A DNA stretch of 64,000 bases, from assembly GCA_052426225.1 (NCBI GenBank), contig JBNJNM010000011.1:3162001-3226000 (forward strand), written 5' to 3'. Positions 49,760-61,453 of the stretch are shown here, piece by piece; positions within the stretch are counted from its first letter, which is position 1, and the number at the start of each line of letters is the position of its first letter. The stretch comes from Zancudomyces culisetae HAW-14-8. Taxonomy: Eukaryota; Fungi; Kickxellomycota. The translations under genes and the position numbers were made by a program. The notes beneath the pieces were generated by a model. The model worked only from the letters and a program-made list of their open reading frames with translations. It was not told where the DNA came from and searched no databases.

Positions 49760-52234
49760 TCAAGATGGAAGACCCCAACTTCCTACAATTTCCATGGCTT
49801 CAACACCGCCTCGTGAGAGCTGGTCAAGTGAATGCGACTTGTCTATTACAGATGGCGAACTGCCGTTATGGTTGGCCATGCTAGAACGCAGCAAGTTTGT
49901 CAAACAAAGCCATGGATCTCTCCCACCACCCCATTGTAGGATGTTTTTTCTGTAAAGTTCTCCAGATATTCTCCAGGAATCGGATTTAGGATCGCCATTG
50001 AAAGAAGGAATAGTTTCGCTATTAACTGGAAATAGCGAGTGGAATAGAGTTCCAGCAATTGCACGATCAAACAAATAGGAATAATAGCAGGAAGCATACC
50101 CAAGAAGATGAGTGAAGCGTGTGTGCCAGCGTGTATGTGGAACATATGGAAATACTGCATGATCTGCGGAGCCAAAATGTGGGTTCCCATGTAAACGTTC
50201 AAGAACGTTCCTACTCCAGTCAAATTGGTGGGATGTTGCCTGTGATGAATGGAGATGTAGGTCTAATGCAGACATAAACAATTGTGTATTGGTATCATAA
50301 GAAGCAAATCGGCGACGAACATCCAAAAATGTAGATATTCCAGAAGGCGAGACCGGTAGACCGGTTTTGTAGTGTCGAGAAAGCTTGGACGCAAACTCTG
50401 GAATTCTTACAAAGTGTTCCATCAGCACAGAAGGAAGCTCGACAAAATCAATAGGGCATCTAGTACCACTGACATTGTGGAAATCCGTTTGGCCAAACAT
50501 GGAATGCATTGCATGGCCCAACTCGTGGAACAGTGTTTCGACGTCGTATAAACTAAGTGGTGGGGATTTCACCACTCCACCTTCTGCCCGGCCAGAAAAA
50601 TTGCACAAAAGAACAATAACTGGAACCTGGCGAGTCTTTTCTCCATCCACGACCGTTAGTTGACCTTTACTACCTGTCCTTCCCGTTCCCTCAACAACAA
50701 AATCGTCGTCCACTCGTCGTGAACAGCGAACTGTGAAGTGTGCTGCACCAACCACTGCTTTGTTCCTCCGATGAATCAAGTCACAGTATATTATCCCCAG
50801 TAGCTTGCCAGAGGTGGTATCTACAACCCGTAGTTTGCGCACACTATCATGCCATACCTCGTCTGGCTCTGCCTCTTCAGCTACAAACTTCACACCATAC
50901 AACGTCTCCATCAGGTTTGAAAATCCAGCAATTGTCCGCCCCACACTAAAATAATCCTTCAAACGCGGAACGATCAGGTAATTTTGATCGTTTAGCATAC
51001 CCAACAGATATTCGCGATTCCATAGCTGCAGTGTCGATTTATCTTCGATTTTTGTTTTTTCTTGAGCATTCAGCAGTTGTTTTGTCAGTGCTGACCACTT
51101 TGGCTGCTCTTGTTTAGATAATGTTGTCAAAAAGGTTTCAACGTTTCTTGGCGTTTTAGCCATTTTATCCTTCAGAACTAGTGTGCTGTAGCTCTCAAAT
51201 CCGACTACTTGTGCCAGCTCTGCCCTCTTTTCCAAGATTTTTTCTAATACTGCAGCAGTTTCTTCATTGTTTCCGTATAGCGCCGAGTATACCTTTTTTC
51301 TAATGTTTTCATTCGTACTCTCTTGCAGGAGTCTTTGTCCAAAGCTGTCTCTAAATGTTGCTTTGACTTTGCCGTTCCCAGCGTTCCTGTTCATTTCAAA
51401 AACAAGGTCACGCCCCATTTTTTGTTGTCGAAGCTCTTCGGCCTCGCCAAGTTCGAGCTCTGCGGTTTTGTTCCCATACTCGTTTTGTTGAACTCGCATA
51501 TATTCTCTGCTTAACTCGTTGATGTCATTATTCAAAAGAATAAACTTCTCGTGTGCTGCTTTATCTAGCTGAATACCCGATTTTTCAAAATCTTCCTTGA
51601 ACGATTTCGCTACTTGCTGCTCTATCTCACCAAATTTACCCATAATAGCATGATCCTTCATAGCTCCGACAAGCTTGGTATATATCCCATAATGGGTATT
51701 TAGAACGTTCATATATTCTAACATAAAAGCATAGACTTCTTCTGCTTTTTGTATCCATACATAATCCTCGCTTATCTGCCTAATTACCTCTGCTGAATCC
51801 ATTATCTGGCACAGGTTATCGCTGATTTGATCTAACAGCTTAACTATCTTTGCATTGTCATCATTACTATCCGCCTGCATAATTCTGTTTACCAAAGCTT
51901 CGCTAATTTTTATGCTAGTCTTTGCTGCTGCTTCAAATTCCTTGGGACTGCCGAACCGAGGATCGCCAAATAATCCTGTTTTTTTGGCTGTTTTCTTGTG
52001 AAATATATTTCCAGCTTTTCTACCGGATGTTTTGGTAGATTCAGGAAAATCAAAAGTCATTCTTAGCTCATAGTCATCGGGATTTTCTCCGGGTTCTTTT
52101 CTGTAGGCTACATATTCATCTCGAAGGACCGAATAACTTTTCCCGAATCCAGAAACAGACTTCAGTTTTTTGCGATGAAATCGCAGAATGTTTGTGCTAT
52201 TTACAACATATCTTTTGCTTTGAACATGCATCAT
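49760..52234 (-). CDS. OCT1: Mitochondrial intermediate peptidase (M3 family)
   Basis: LDQISDNLCQIMDSAE, MNVLNTH, AHFTVRCSR, LFHELGHAMHS, VSGTRCPIDFVELPS and YYSYLF motifs. First ATG taken as start. Confidence 0.93.
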   Translation of the reverse strand: MMHVQSKRYVVNSTNILRFHRKKLKSVSGFGKSYSVLRDEYVAYRKEPGENPDDYELRMTFDFPESTKTSGRKAGNIFHKKTAKKTGLFGDPRFGSPKEFEAAAKTSIKISEALVNRIMQADSNDDNAKIVKLLDQISDNLCQIMDSAEVIRQISEDYVWIQKAEEVYAFMLEYMNVLNTHYGIYTKLVGAMKDHAIMGKFGEIEQQVAKSFKEDFEKSGIQLDKAAHEKFILLNNDINELSREYMRVQQNEYGNKTAELELGEAEELRQQKMGRDLVFEMNRNAGNGKVKATFRDSFGQRLLQESTNENIRKKVYSALYGNNEETAAVLEKILEKRAELAQVVGFESYSTLVLKDKMAKTPRNVETFLTTLSKQEQPKWSALTKQLLNAQEKTKIEDKSTLQLWNREYLLGMLNDQNYLIVPRLKDYFSVGRTIAGFSNLMETLYGVKFVAEEAEPDEVWHDSVRKLRVVDTTSGKLLGIIYCDLIHRRNKAVVGAAHFTVRCSRRVDDDFVVEGTGRTGSKGQLTVVDGEKTRQVPVIVLLCNFSGRAEGGVVKSPPLSLYDVETLFHELGHAMHSMFGQTDFHNVSGTRCPIDFVELPSVLMEHFVRIPEFASKLSRHYKTGLPVSPSGISTFLDVRRRFASYDTNTQLFMSALDLHLHSSQATSHQFDWSRNVLERLHGNPHFGSADHAVFPYVPHTRWHTRFTHLLGYASCYYSYLFDRAIAGTLFHSLFPVNSETIPSFNGDPKSDSWRISGELYRKNILQWGGGRDPWLCLTNLLRSSMANHNGSSPSVIDKSHSLDQLSRGGVEAMEIVGSWGLPS

Positions 52235-52783
52235 TTCTATCAAATGTTGCAAACCAGCGAACTAACCCTACGTTAAACAAAAGAGTATTTTATTATTGTA
52301 AATGTTAATGTGCTGTTTGCCTTTTATGGCTCACGTTTATCGAACTTGATTCCATAAATTGAGTATGAATGGCTGATAAGCTATTAGAAAGAAACATTCC
52401 AGATATCAATCTGGTAATTTTGTCCACACAGAAATCCCAATAAATGATTGAGTTTTATGTAGTCTCACATAATTCTACTATTTGATTTTTAGTTTACTGT
52501 AAACAAAGCTGACCTAATGAAAAGTTGTATAGAAAACAAAAAGCTAATCATTGTTTAGAATTGGGTTTAAATGAACGAAATGAGCCGAATTGGGCGGTCA
52601 ACTGAAAGTAAAAAGCAATCTCAAACCTCTATATCGAGTACTTGTTCAAAGCACAAAGACTAGACTTTTTTTTCTGCTTATTTTTTTTGTTGCTTGTGCT
52701 ATAGCCCTACATAAATCTTGAATTATTCAAGTGGTTTGACTGTAACTATTTGCAAAGTCAAGGTGTGAGTAAAATAGGATAGA

Positions 52784-55700
52784 ATGCTTGAATTCACAAG
52801 CTTTGAAGACAGCGAAAATGAGGCAGGTGAAAACCTTTATAATTTTGGGAGTCAGGGCATGGATAGCGAAGTAATTGGTCCTACACAGAGTGTATCTAAG
52901 TACAGGAACATACCTTTAATAAATAGTCTCGAAACTCCTAAGGATAGCAGGCGTCACAAGAACACAGAACCAATAGGGAAATTTATGGTCAAAGATATTT
53001 ATGAGGAGAAAACTATTACAGAAACGAAAGAGGGAATTCGAGAGGACGAAGAGGAAGAAGAAGAAGAAGAAGAAGAAGAAGAAGAGAGTGATATCGAACC
53101 TACACAATTTATACCAAACCGAAAGAGGGTAGTTCATATGTTAGAAAAGTTTAAAGAATATAGCCAAGACACTGAAAGCCAACAGCAAAGCATACCCAGC
53201 TCAATAACAACAAACGACGAAAACATGTCCTTTCAAAACCGAAGCATGTGTACACGACCGGAACAACAACACCAACATCAACACCAACTATATCTACAAA
53301 AAAAAAACATGGATAGTACAAAGAGTACAGAGTCTAACGAAGAAAGCGATGAGGAATGCGAAATTGGAGCAACCCAATTACCTAGTGCCAAAAAACGCGT
53401 TATAAAATTCAACGAAAGAGTTCAAGAGTACGAACAATATAGCGAACAGGAGTATTTAACAGAGAATGAAAGTCCACAGGCTAGCATACCCAGCTCAATA
53501 ACAGTAAAAGACGAGGAATATATCTCTTCTAATCCTTTTAGGCACACAAAGATAGCAAAGGCACAAGCAGTACAAGAGGTTGATGACGATAGATGGGTGC
53601 TAGAAGAGGATGGAGTTTCGGACGAATCAGAGATCGAACCAACGCAATTTCCGGTGAATAATCGCAGAAATAGCACTGGTAGGCTCGAAATTTCTGAAAC
53701 AAATACCCAGAGTCATTCGGATATGTGTGGTACGTGGATAGCGAGCGAGAAAGAGTACTCAAGTATTGAACAGACAATTCTTTATACTGAAGATACCCCC
53801 AGAAAAGAAGAAGACCAAGGGAGAGAGGAAGAAATGGAGAAAATTGAAGCGAGAGATGAACTGATGGAGAGCATCGATAAAAGCTATTTAAATGATAAAA
53901 ATTCGGACATAGGACCGACACAGTACCCAGTGGTTGGAAAATGCATAGAGTCGAATTCTGTAGAGGTCAACTGTGGTGAACCTACAACGGATGGTGACAA
54001 TAGCAGAGCACAGTTAGATGCTCAGTCATTGGGCCCACTTAAAAAAGTTCTAAACAGTGCTATGAGTACAGATAGCCATTGGTCAGATAACAATAGCATG
54101 ATAGAAACACCAAGTATGTTTAAAGGCGGCAAAAGGTGTACTGACGCCAACCTGATGGAAAGTGGAGGAGGGGGTATTGACATGCAAAGTGTGGAGCTTA
54201 ATAGTTTTTTGGTAGAATACGGTAGTGTTCCAAGCAAGAAAAATAATGTACAGCCAGAAAGTATTCGTGACAAAGGTGCGTACGGAGATAGCTATAAAGA
54301 TGACGATGAATCTAAACCCGAACCCGAACCCGATAGTTCGACACAGCAGGCAGAAAAGCCCAAGTTATTTCTGGACAAAATTAAAATCGACACAAAAATA
54401 GAGAAAAATATGGAGCCTACAGAAAAGGCAGCAAGAAAAAAAAGAAGGTTGTACAGATCTAGTTTAATAATGAGTGGTGGTAGCACACAGGAACTACCGT
54501 GTTTCGATAACTTGGTGATGAAAACACCCCAAAGCGATAAACTGGCCAGTAAAAAGATTGCGAAAAAAATTGAATTTACTACAATAAAACTTGGAACTAG
54601 CAAAAATACTGATAATCACGACAAAAATGATAGTGAGAGTGGCGGAAAGAAGAGAAAGAGAGTTAAAATAGGAAATATTTGTGATATTGAAATCAAAAAG
54701 GACGTGTGCAGTGCAAAAAAGAAGGCTAAAGGTATCTTGGGATATCTGACAGACAAAATGACATTTAGATTCAGCAATAAAATAAAAGAGCAATGCCAGA
54801 ACGAGCCGATTAGTGTGGAAAACTCGCCAGTAAAGGACGACATTGAACAAATTAGCTTTTCGGATGTACTAATTACACCAGATAAAGAAAACACTCTGCC
54901 TAAAAACCGAGCCAGCCAGCAGCAAGTAGAGGAGTTGGCAGTTAAAGGGGGGTGGGTCTGGATGTCACTTCCAGGAAACAAGCATACGTATATTCCAGCA
55001 GTTCTGATGCCATCACCAGAAAACAACCAGCTAACTGCTGTCGGATTTTCTGCAGACAAAAGCAGAAGGATCAAACCGTTGGTATTTAACGTAGATTCTT
55101 TGTCACCATCCAATGTTAAACCAATGGCTCGAGGAGATAGGGTACTAGCTACAAGAAAGAGGAAGAGGTTGGTTGAATACGCAACTGTGAATATGCTTCC
55201 AGATAAAAAAGAAACGGAGATGATTAGGCGTACACTAGTCAATGAAAGTCATCAATTGACCAATGTATCTATTGGTTTGCTTTTTGATGGAGGCGAGCAA
55301 GAGAACATTTTTGTGCATAAGCTTTGTTCAAATCGAAACTTGCTATGTATCCCAGAGTCTATAAAGAAGAAAAAACACAACATTGTAAAGTCTGTTCCAT
55401 TCAATACTAACTTTGATTTATCCCTATTTGAGGGGTACTCGTTTCTAATTACCACTAGTCCCAGCTTTACCATATCTGAGTATTTGTCTGATTTGTACAA
55501 CTATTATTTACAGTCACAGGAACAGAACACGCAGCAGCCAATGAATATGGGCTCATACGATTCTTTACCAGTATTTCCAAAAAACTCGTCTGTTAAATTT
55601 GACAAGAAAGTTTTGATTGACTCTATACTGCAAAGATCTGGATCTATAGTCGATGATCCCTTTGAGTTGGATCCTACCAACGGTGTTGCTGTTGTTGTGG

Positions 55701-56245
55701 CTGATACGCCATCAGCTACTCCAAAATATCTGGTGGGTCTTGCTCATGGTCTTCCTATCGTTTCACTTATATGGGTGCTGAAATCAGTGATCAACAACTG
55801 TATCCAACCCATTGATCAGTACAGGCTTTCAAATGGATGGAGCGATGAACTTAACTCTGCTGTTGGTTCATTCCACAACTCACAATTCTTTGCTGGGTAT
55901 TCAGTGATGGTCATAGGCTCATCATCCACGTTTACCAAAAACTGGACGTTTGTTTTCAACTTGATTGGGGCTACTGTTGTTACGTACTGTGATAAGCTTC
56001 CAAGCGCCACTGATAACACCCTGGATTTTGTATTATCGGAATCCAAACCCGATTCTGTATTTTGTAGCTTCATTACACAAAACTTTAGATCTATTTTGCA
56101 CAGCTCAGCTGCACCACTATTTGTGTCTAGTGTTTGGGCTAGACAATGCTTGATCAACCAACGAGTTTTGACTGATTTCTTACCATCGTATTCTGTATAT
56201 TCTAGAGTGGCTACCAAGTCTATGAATGCGTTAAAGCTTGTGTGA
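52784..56245 (+). CDS. DNA-damage checkpoint mediator, Crb2/Rad9/53BP1-like
   Basis: Acidic S/T-Q-rich N-terminus, a Tudor-like beta region (WVWM..YIPAVL), and C-terminal tandem BRCT (LFEGYSFLIT; TPKYLVGLAHGLPIVSLIWV; VSSVWARQCLI). Confidence 0.8.
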   Translation: MLEFTSFEDSENEAGENLYNFGSQGMDSEVIGPTQSVSKYRNIPLINSLETPKDSRRHKNTEPIGKFMVKDIYEEKTITETKEGIREDEEEEEEEEEEEEESDIEPTQFIPNRKRVVHMLEKFKEYSQDTESQQQSIPSSITTNDENMSFQNRSMCTRPEQQHQHQHQLYLQKKNMDSTKSTESNEESDEECEIGATQLPSAKKRVIKFNERVQEYEQYSEQEYLTENESPQASIPSSITVKDEEYISSNPFRHTKIAKAQAVQEVDDDRWVLEEDGVSDESEIEPTQFPVNNRRNSTGRLEISETNTQSHSDMCGTWIASEKEYSSIEQTILYTEDTPRKEEDQGREEEMEKIEARDELMESIDKSYLNDKNSDIGPTQYPVVGKCIESNSVEVNCGEPTTDGDNSRAQLDAQSLGPLKKVLNSAMSTDSHWSDNNSMIETPSMFKGGKRCTDANLMESGGGGIDMQSVELNSFLVEYGSVPSKKNNVQPESIRDKGAYGDSYKDDDESKPEPEPDSSTQQAEKPKLFLDKIKIDTKIEKNMEPTEKAARKKRRLYRSSLIMSGGSTQELPCFDNLVMKTPQSDKLASKKIAKKIEFTTIKLGTSKNTDNHDKNDSESGGKKRKRVKIGNICDIEIKKDVCSAKKKAKGILGYLTDKMTFRFSNKIKEQCQNEPISVENSPVKDDIEQISFSDVLITPDKENTLPKNRASQQQVEELAVKGGWVWMSLPGNKHTYIPAVLMPSPENNQLTAVGFSADKSRRIKPLVFNVDSLSPSNVKPMARGDRVLATRKRKRLVEYATVNMLPDKKETEMIRRTLVNESHQLTNVSIGLLFDGGEQENIFVHKLCSNRNLLCIPESIKKKKHNIVKSVPFNTNFDLSLFEGYSFLITTSPSFTISEYLSDLYNYYLQSQEQNTQQPMNMGSYDSLPVFPKNSSVKFDKKVLIDSILQRSGSIVDDPFELDPTNGVAVVVADTPSATPKYLVGLAHGLPIVSLIWVLKSVINNCIQPIDQYRLSNGWSDELNSAVGSFHNSQFFAGYSVMVIGSSSTFTKNWTFVFNLIGATVVTYCDKLPSATDNTLDFVLSESKPDSVFCSFITQNFRSILHSSAAPLFVSSVWARQCLINQRVLTDFLPSYSVYSRVATKSMNALKLV

Positions 56246-56526
56246 TTTTCCGCAATTTCTTCCTCCTTTTGTTTTGCATTGATACCTTGTGTTTTATTAT
56301 ATTTTCTTTTGTTTTGCTTTGTTTGGTTTTTAATATTGATTGGGGGGGGGTTATGCTTATAAATTGATGAAATTTCTGCATCAATTTATGGTTGGTTTCT
56401 TGAGCCTTAATGTTTGTTTTTACCATCTTTAACCATTTGAATTATTTTGGCATATAGCTTTGTATACATTAATAAAGAAAGCAATCACGAACATTCTTAA
56501 CAAAAATTCAAGCTATTATAGAAAAA

Positions 56527-57796
56527 ATGGAACTTGAAAACAAAATTGCAATAACTAAAGAAAACATTCAGCACACAATAGGATCGGCAAAAGAAAACAA
56601 ATGGAATTTGCTCAAAACGCAACTATTTACATTATTCAGCGACATCGAAAAACTTGAATTTACCAATTTGCAAAGTAAAATACAGCTAGTGAGGTAAGTT
56701 AGGCGCAGAAAAAGTACATGCTATACATTGAAATTAGTAGTTAGTGTAAACAAGGAAAAATAAACACATATACACATACACACGCCTCATTGTTATTTTC
56801 TTGAACCTTTTTCCCAATGGTGACTTATCCATAAATATTTTTTATAAATAGGGATTGTTTACGATTGAGTATGGAGACCAGTGTTTTTGAAATTCAGGCA
56901 ATCTTGAAATTCATCAACATTCAACTGCTAGATTATTTTTTATTTGTACTTATTACTCAAAATGCACCCACTGCGTCATACCCACTTGTTAAACACTTGA
57001 GAGTCATCAGGCTAGGAATAAATGTTTTGGATTCTCAACAGGTTTTGTCTATCAGCTTGCACAAATCGCAACAACCATCCTCGTTTCACAATCAGTATTA
57101 TAGCAAGAATATACAACAGACCCTCGTGTCCTCTCCTACAAGGCTTAATAAAATGCCCAGTATGAGTAATATCAATACTAACCGTGGTAATAGTAATACA
57201 ATTAACACTACTTGCGGTAATACTTCTGAGAGCAATGCTCCCGAGAGCATGATACCATTGGAATCTATAATAAAAAACAGTTTGGGCCAATTCCAACACC
57301 AAATCACCTTCAAGACTGTGCTGATCCAGGCTTGTAGATTTTGGGAGCTTTACTATTCTAAATACTTGCAGTATATGGAAGCTGTATTTTTACCAGTACA
57401 AATGGAATTCAGAAATGCCCTTATTAATAAATTTGGGTTCTTGGTCGATGTAAGATACACCAGTCTGGAACTATTTTACAACTTTGTTGTTGTACCCATT
57501 GTATTACCTGCACTAAAAGGTAACGTATATAGTATATTGATGTTGTACCTGTCTGGAAAAATACATTTCGTCAAACGATATTTATCTGTTACTTTCTTCT
57601 GATAGAGTATACAGAATCAATGGATTCGGTTAACAAGAGCAATCTGAAGTTTAGGCTAAAACAAAAGTATACTAGGTCATTGATTCAAATGCTAGTATTG
57701 GTTTCCCATTTAAACGCAACCAACAGTAAACATTTTGATGAAATTGACCAGATTGTTAAAACACTGTCCGGACGTACCACCAATTCTTCAGAGTAG
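56527..57796 (+). CDS. HbrB-domain protein (Bit61/Protor-like TORC2 associate), 3 exons (56527-56693, 56852-57519, 57606-57796)
   Basis: GT-AG introns keep frame. FWELYYSKYLQYMEAVFLPVQ..VRYTSLELFYNFVVVP and LIQML resemble the HbrB/PRR5 core. Confidence 0.7.
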
Positions 57797-57977
57797 CGCG
57801 AAAGAACAGTGAATATAATAAGTACAATTAAATTGTTTAAGGGGTTTTTAGTTAAAGAGCAGATCAGCTGGAAATTGATAGCAACAAACAGCACTTGTGT
57901 GTACTAACACGATTTTTACGTTTATTAAAAAGTAACGAGATTCGCCCTAGAAGAATATGCGAATGTAATACATAACA

Positions 57978-59958
57978 CTAGCGAGAGTCCAAAAAATGCT
58001 GATACAGATTTCTAAATTGCCCTATATCGTTGATACTCCTTGAAAACTGGTTAAATGTCACCAGTAACGATACAATTTCATTTCGTTTGAGTAGGGCTTG
58101 ATTCGCTGCAATGTCTGCTGGTGAAGATGATGACGGAAATGTTTCTGGGAGCTCAAACAGGATTTTTAGCGCTGTTCCCAACCCCAGAACTTGTGTTTTT
58201 CCCCATAATCGACATTTTTCACATCCTGTGCAGTCCATTATCTCCGAAACATTTCGAAAGTTGGTTTTAAACTCTTCTTTTAATATTCTTGTGACCTTTG
58301 AGGTAAACAGTTTTTTCTCATTGATCGGATCTCTAACTGTATTTACTCTTTCCAAAACTTTTGATACCAGAGTCTATAGTGGTATTATTTAGAATTAAGA
58401 GCCTTTCTCATAATTCATCGTGGGTTAAGAAAAGAAACACTGGATAAACACAGTAAAGAGCTGCAGGTAAAATTTAAAAAGATAACGAATAATAACATAG
58501 ATGGAATCGGAATCATACCTTTATTTTTTCATCTTCGCGCGCATCTCCAGTGCCATAGTTGTAACTACGCAATAGCGGTGCAATTTTTTGTATTGATCTT
58601 AGTAGCAATGCGAAATCAAAATAAATATTCGTTAGCCTTTCTGGGAAGGCACCGATTCTTGCAATAAAACAACCCAGATTCGGTTTCTATATACATTTAT
58701 CAGAAAGCAATTAGAACTGTGTATACATGGATTTTTTGTGGAAACCTACTAATAAATATTGACTTGTATTATCGATCATCTAAAACGACTTACCCATGTA
58801 TTTGTTTCAGCGTCGTAGTTCTCGTAACAGATGTGTGTCGAGGTAGAGGCATGCAACCCAGAAATGGCTTGATAAAACAGCTCCAATTCTCTTGGAACAT
58901 CGGATTTCAAACTAATTTCCCTCTCGCTCTCCATCAAATCCTCTAAAAATCCCTTCAACTTCCGCCTATTTGCTGGTGGCTCCACGAATGGCGATTTTTT
59001 ATTGTCTACACCATATTTTTGACTTCCCCATCCAGCTGCAGTATCTTGCATTTTTGGTTGCACGCCAAAACAGTAGTCGGTGTATATTGATACCCATATT
59101 TGGTTCGCTGTCGATCCTGCATATCCCGTAAACTTCTCTGGATTTGCGTATAGGTCTACCCAGACCCCGTCGCCCGTTTTCTCGTTATTAACCACTGAAT
59201 AATCTTTTTTATCAAATACATGTCCCTTTCCCACCTTATCTTTTTCCATCATTTCGAGAAACGATCCAAATCGCTGTTTGTTCCATTGATCTTGGCCATC
59301 CTCTTCGATCTCGGCTTCATTTTCATCTCTCCAAGAGGCTGGGATCTCGTTATCATCAACTGGATCGACAGTACAGCCCTCTTGTGTACACTTGTCTTCA
59401 TTCTCCCATAATTTACATTTTTTAAACAAATCAACTTTCAAAAGGCGAAAAAATTTGCTTTTCATTAATTCCTCCAGGTATGGATGTAAAGCTTTATTTT
59501 CCGCCTCTACGGTTTCAAAATCCAAACACGTTCCTTCAATATATCCCGCCAGCTACATTTATCCAGTACAAATTAAGTATTAATAATGGCATCAAAGTCC
59601 TTTTGATTGCATCCGCTTGTTTAATACGTAACTATTGAGCTTGGATGCGTAAAATGTTAATAGCAATACTTACCGAACACAGATTCCTTCCTCCAGTTTT
59701 TTGCAGAACCTGGACCATGAAATCAACGCCGCTTGGTTGCTGGTTACTTTCAACGTCCAGAGGCGAGTGTTCTTTGTTTCCCTTGACCAGGTTTCCGTAG
59801 CTAATCCCAAGAACTAGCGCAGCTAAAGTTGCCACCCTTAAGCCTGTGGTTATCCAACTTGCTTTTTCCGTAACAGCCTTACCAGTTTTTACATTTATAA
59901 CCTCCGCCCTGTTATGTGTACTAGCTTCGTCATCGCTATCCGGTCTTTCTTTTGTCAT
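57978..59958 (-). CDS. ERO1: ER oxidoreductin 1, 4 exons
   Basis: Shuttle-loop CKLW..C....C, WVDLYANPEKFTGY, ISGLHASTSTH, PERLTNIYF and active-site MDCTGCEKCRLWGK. N-terminal TM segment. Confidence 0.95.
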
Positions 59959-60846
59959 TAGGTTCAAGGGATTTGTTATGCCAATAGTTGAAAATTAGGT
60001 GTGTGTATACCAAAAAAAAGTGGTTTTATTGTGGTTATGAGATTGTTTAGAAGTGTCTATGTCTTGAACTATAAGTTTGGTGTTAGATAATGTCCTTGGA
60101 TGTTTTTAATGTAAAGATAACACGGTTTTTTTGTTTGTTGTTTGTTGTTTGTTGTTTACTGGTACTTTCGCCTTTAGCAGTGGCTGGTGTTTACGACTGA
60201 AATCGTTTACAAGTCGCTTGAGTTATTTTTATGTTTTAACAGCCAAAACAAAACCCCTAAATAGCTCTTCTAGAACATAAATGTCTTCAAGTGATTTCTT
60301 TTAGAATAGGGTTTATTTTTGGATACCTTGCTGGTGCCTAATGGCTTTATACATTTTCCATCTGACTCATGAAGATTTACTGGCTGCTTTCTAAATTATT
60401 TAATTGTAAAACATTGGTGTTTATTGACTCGTATGCGAGCAAATAGAAAATTTAAATGTGTATTTTCTTGTTTTACATTTTATTTTATTTTGTCTGTTGA
60501 GACAAATTGTTGCCATGGCAATTGTTTGATGAATGTACAATGTATATATAGCCACGTGGATGTTGACTGTTACCAAGTATACGAAAAAGACCAATATATC
60601 AGTCGAATAGCCGATCTAAACAGACGGAAGGCTCTTGCTGATGTTGAGATATTTTTCTGGTCATGTTAATTATGAAAGTAATACCTGGTCATTAGAAGGG
60701 AAAATGCACACGATTTTCCCTTATTTTGCATTCCCATTCAATCTCACATTCACACTATTTCTTTGCTAAAAATGCAAAAAAAAATACAAAATAATTATAA
60801 AATAATCCCCATAACTCTAGTATAAAAATTATTGGTTTTTCAGACG

Positions 60847-60854
60847 TATAAATA
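60847..60854 (+). promoter_or_regulatory. TATA box upstream of U1 snRNA
   Basis: TATAAATA about 32-39 nt upstream of the predicted U1 5' end. Confidence 0.5.
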
Positions 60855-60885
60855 TTTAGTTTAAACTTGAAACTCATGGTTCTTT

Positions 60886-61169
60886 ACTTACCTGGCGTCG
60901 CTATTCAGTGATCATGAAGGCTGGATAGCTGGGGAGGATCCCTAGCATTGCACACCGCTTGGGGAACCTCACTGCGAACGCTCATATTCTGGGTGTCTCG
61001 GACGTAAAATTTTTGCTTGAAGGGGGTTTGGACTCTCTAAGAAGCTGTCTCTGGTTGGTGCTTGTTTGGGTTGTTTGCTGTTTGATCTGCTTGTCTTCGG
61101 GCATGTGGTGACGGCAGTAGACTCCTGGATTAAGTCTGGCTTAGAGTGGCTTTTGAGTCCGGATCCCCA
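60886..61169 (+). ncRNA. U1: U1 spliceosomal snRNA with a greatly extended stem-loop 4
   Basis: 5' ACTTACCTGG, SL1 10-bp stem with U1-70K loop GATCATGAAG, SL2 with U1A loop ATTGCACACC, helix H GCGTC/GACGT, Sm site AATTTTTG (61008-61015), then a long 3' hairpin. The 3' end is inferred. Confidence 0.93.
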
Positions 61170-61453
61170 CAAATATTTTTAATAAAAAAAATGAAATGAT
61201 TGTCTGGTTGACGTGAGTTAATCTGCACTGTCAGGATGTCATGTTTTGTGTGTAACTGCTGAAGTGTCATGCAAAACAATTGTCGAACATCCGAGGCTGT
61301 AACTTGTACTTGTATTGCTGATGCCTAAAGCTAGCATATCAGTCCTTCTTTTGATATATAATAAAAGCCATGTTGTTTTTGCATATATTGAATTGTAATA
61401 GTACATAAATGAAATTGTTTACGCCTACAAATAAAAGATACAAACTAAATAAT

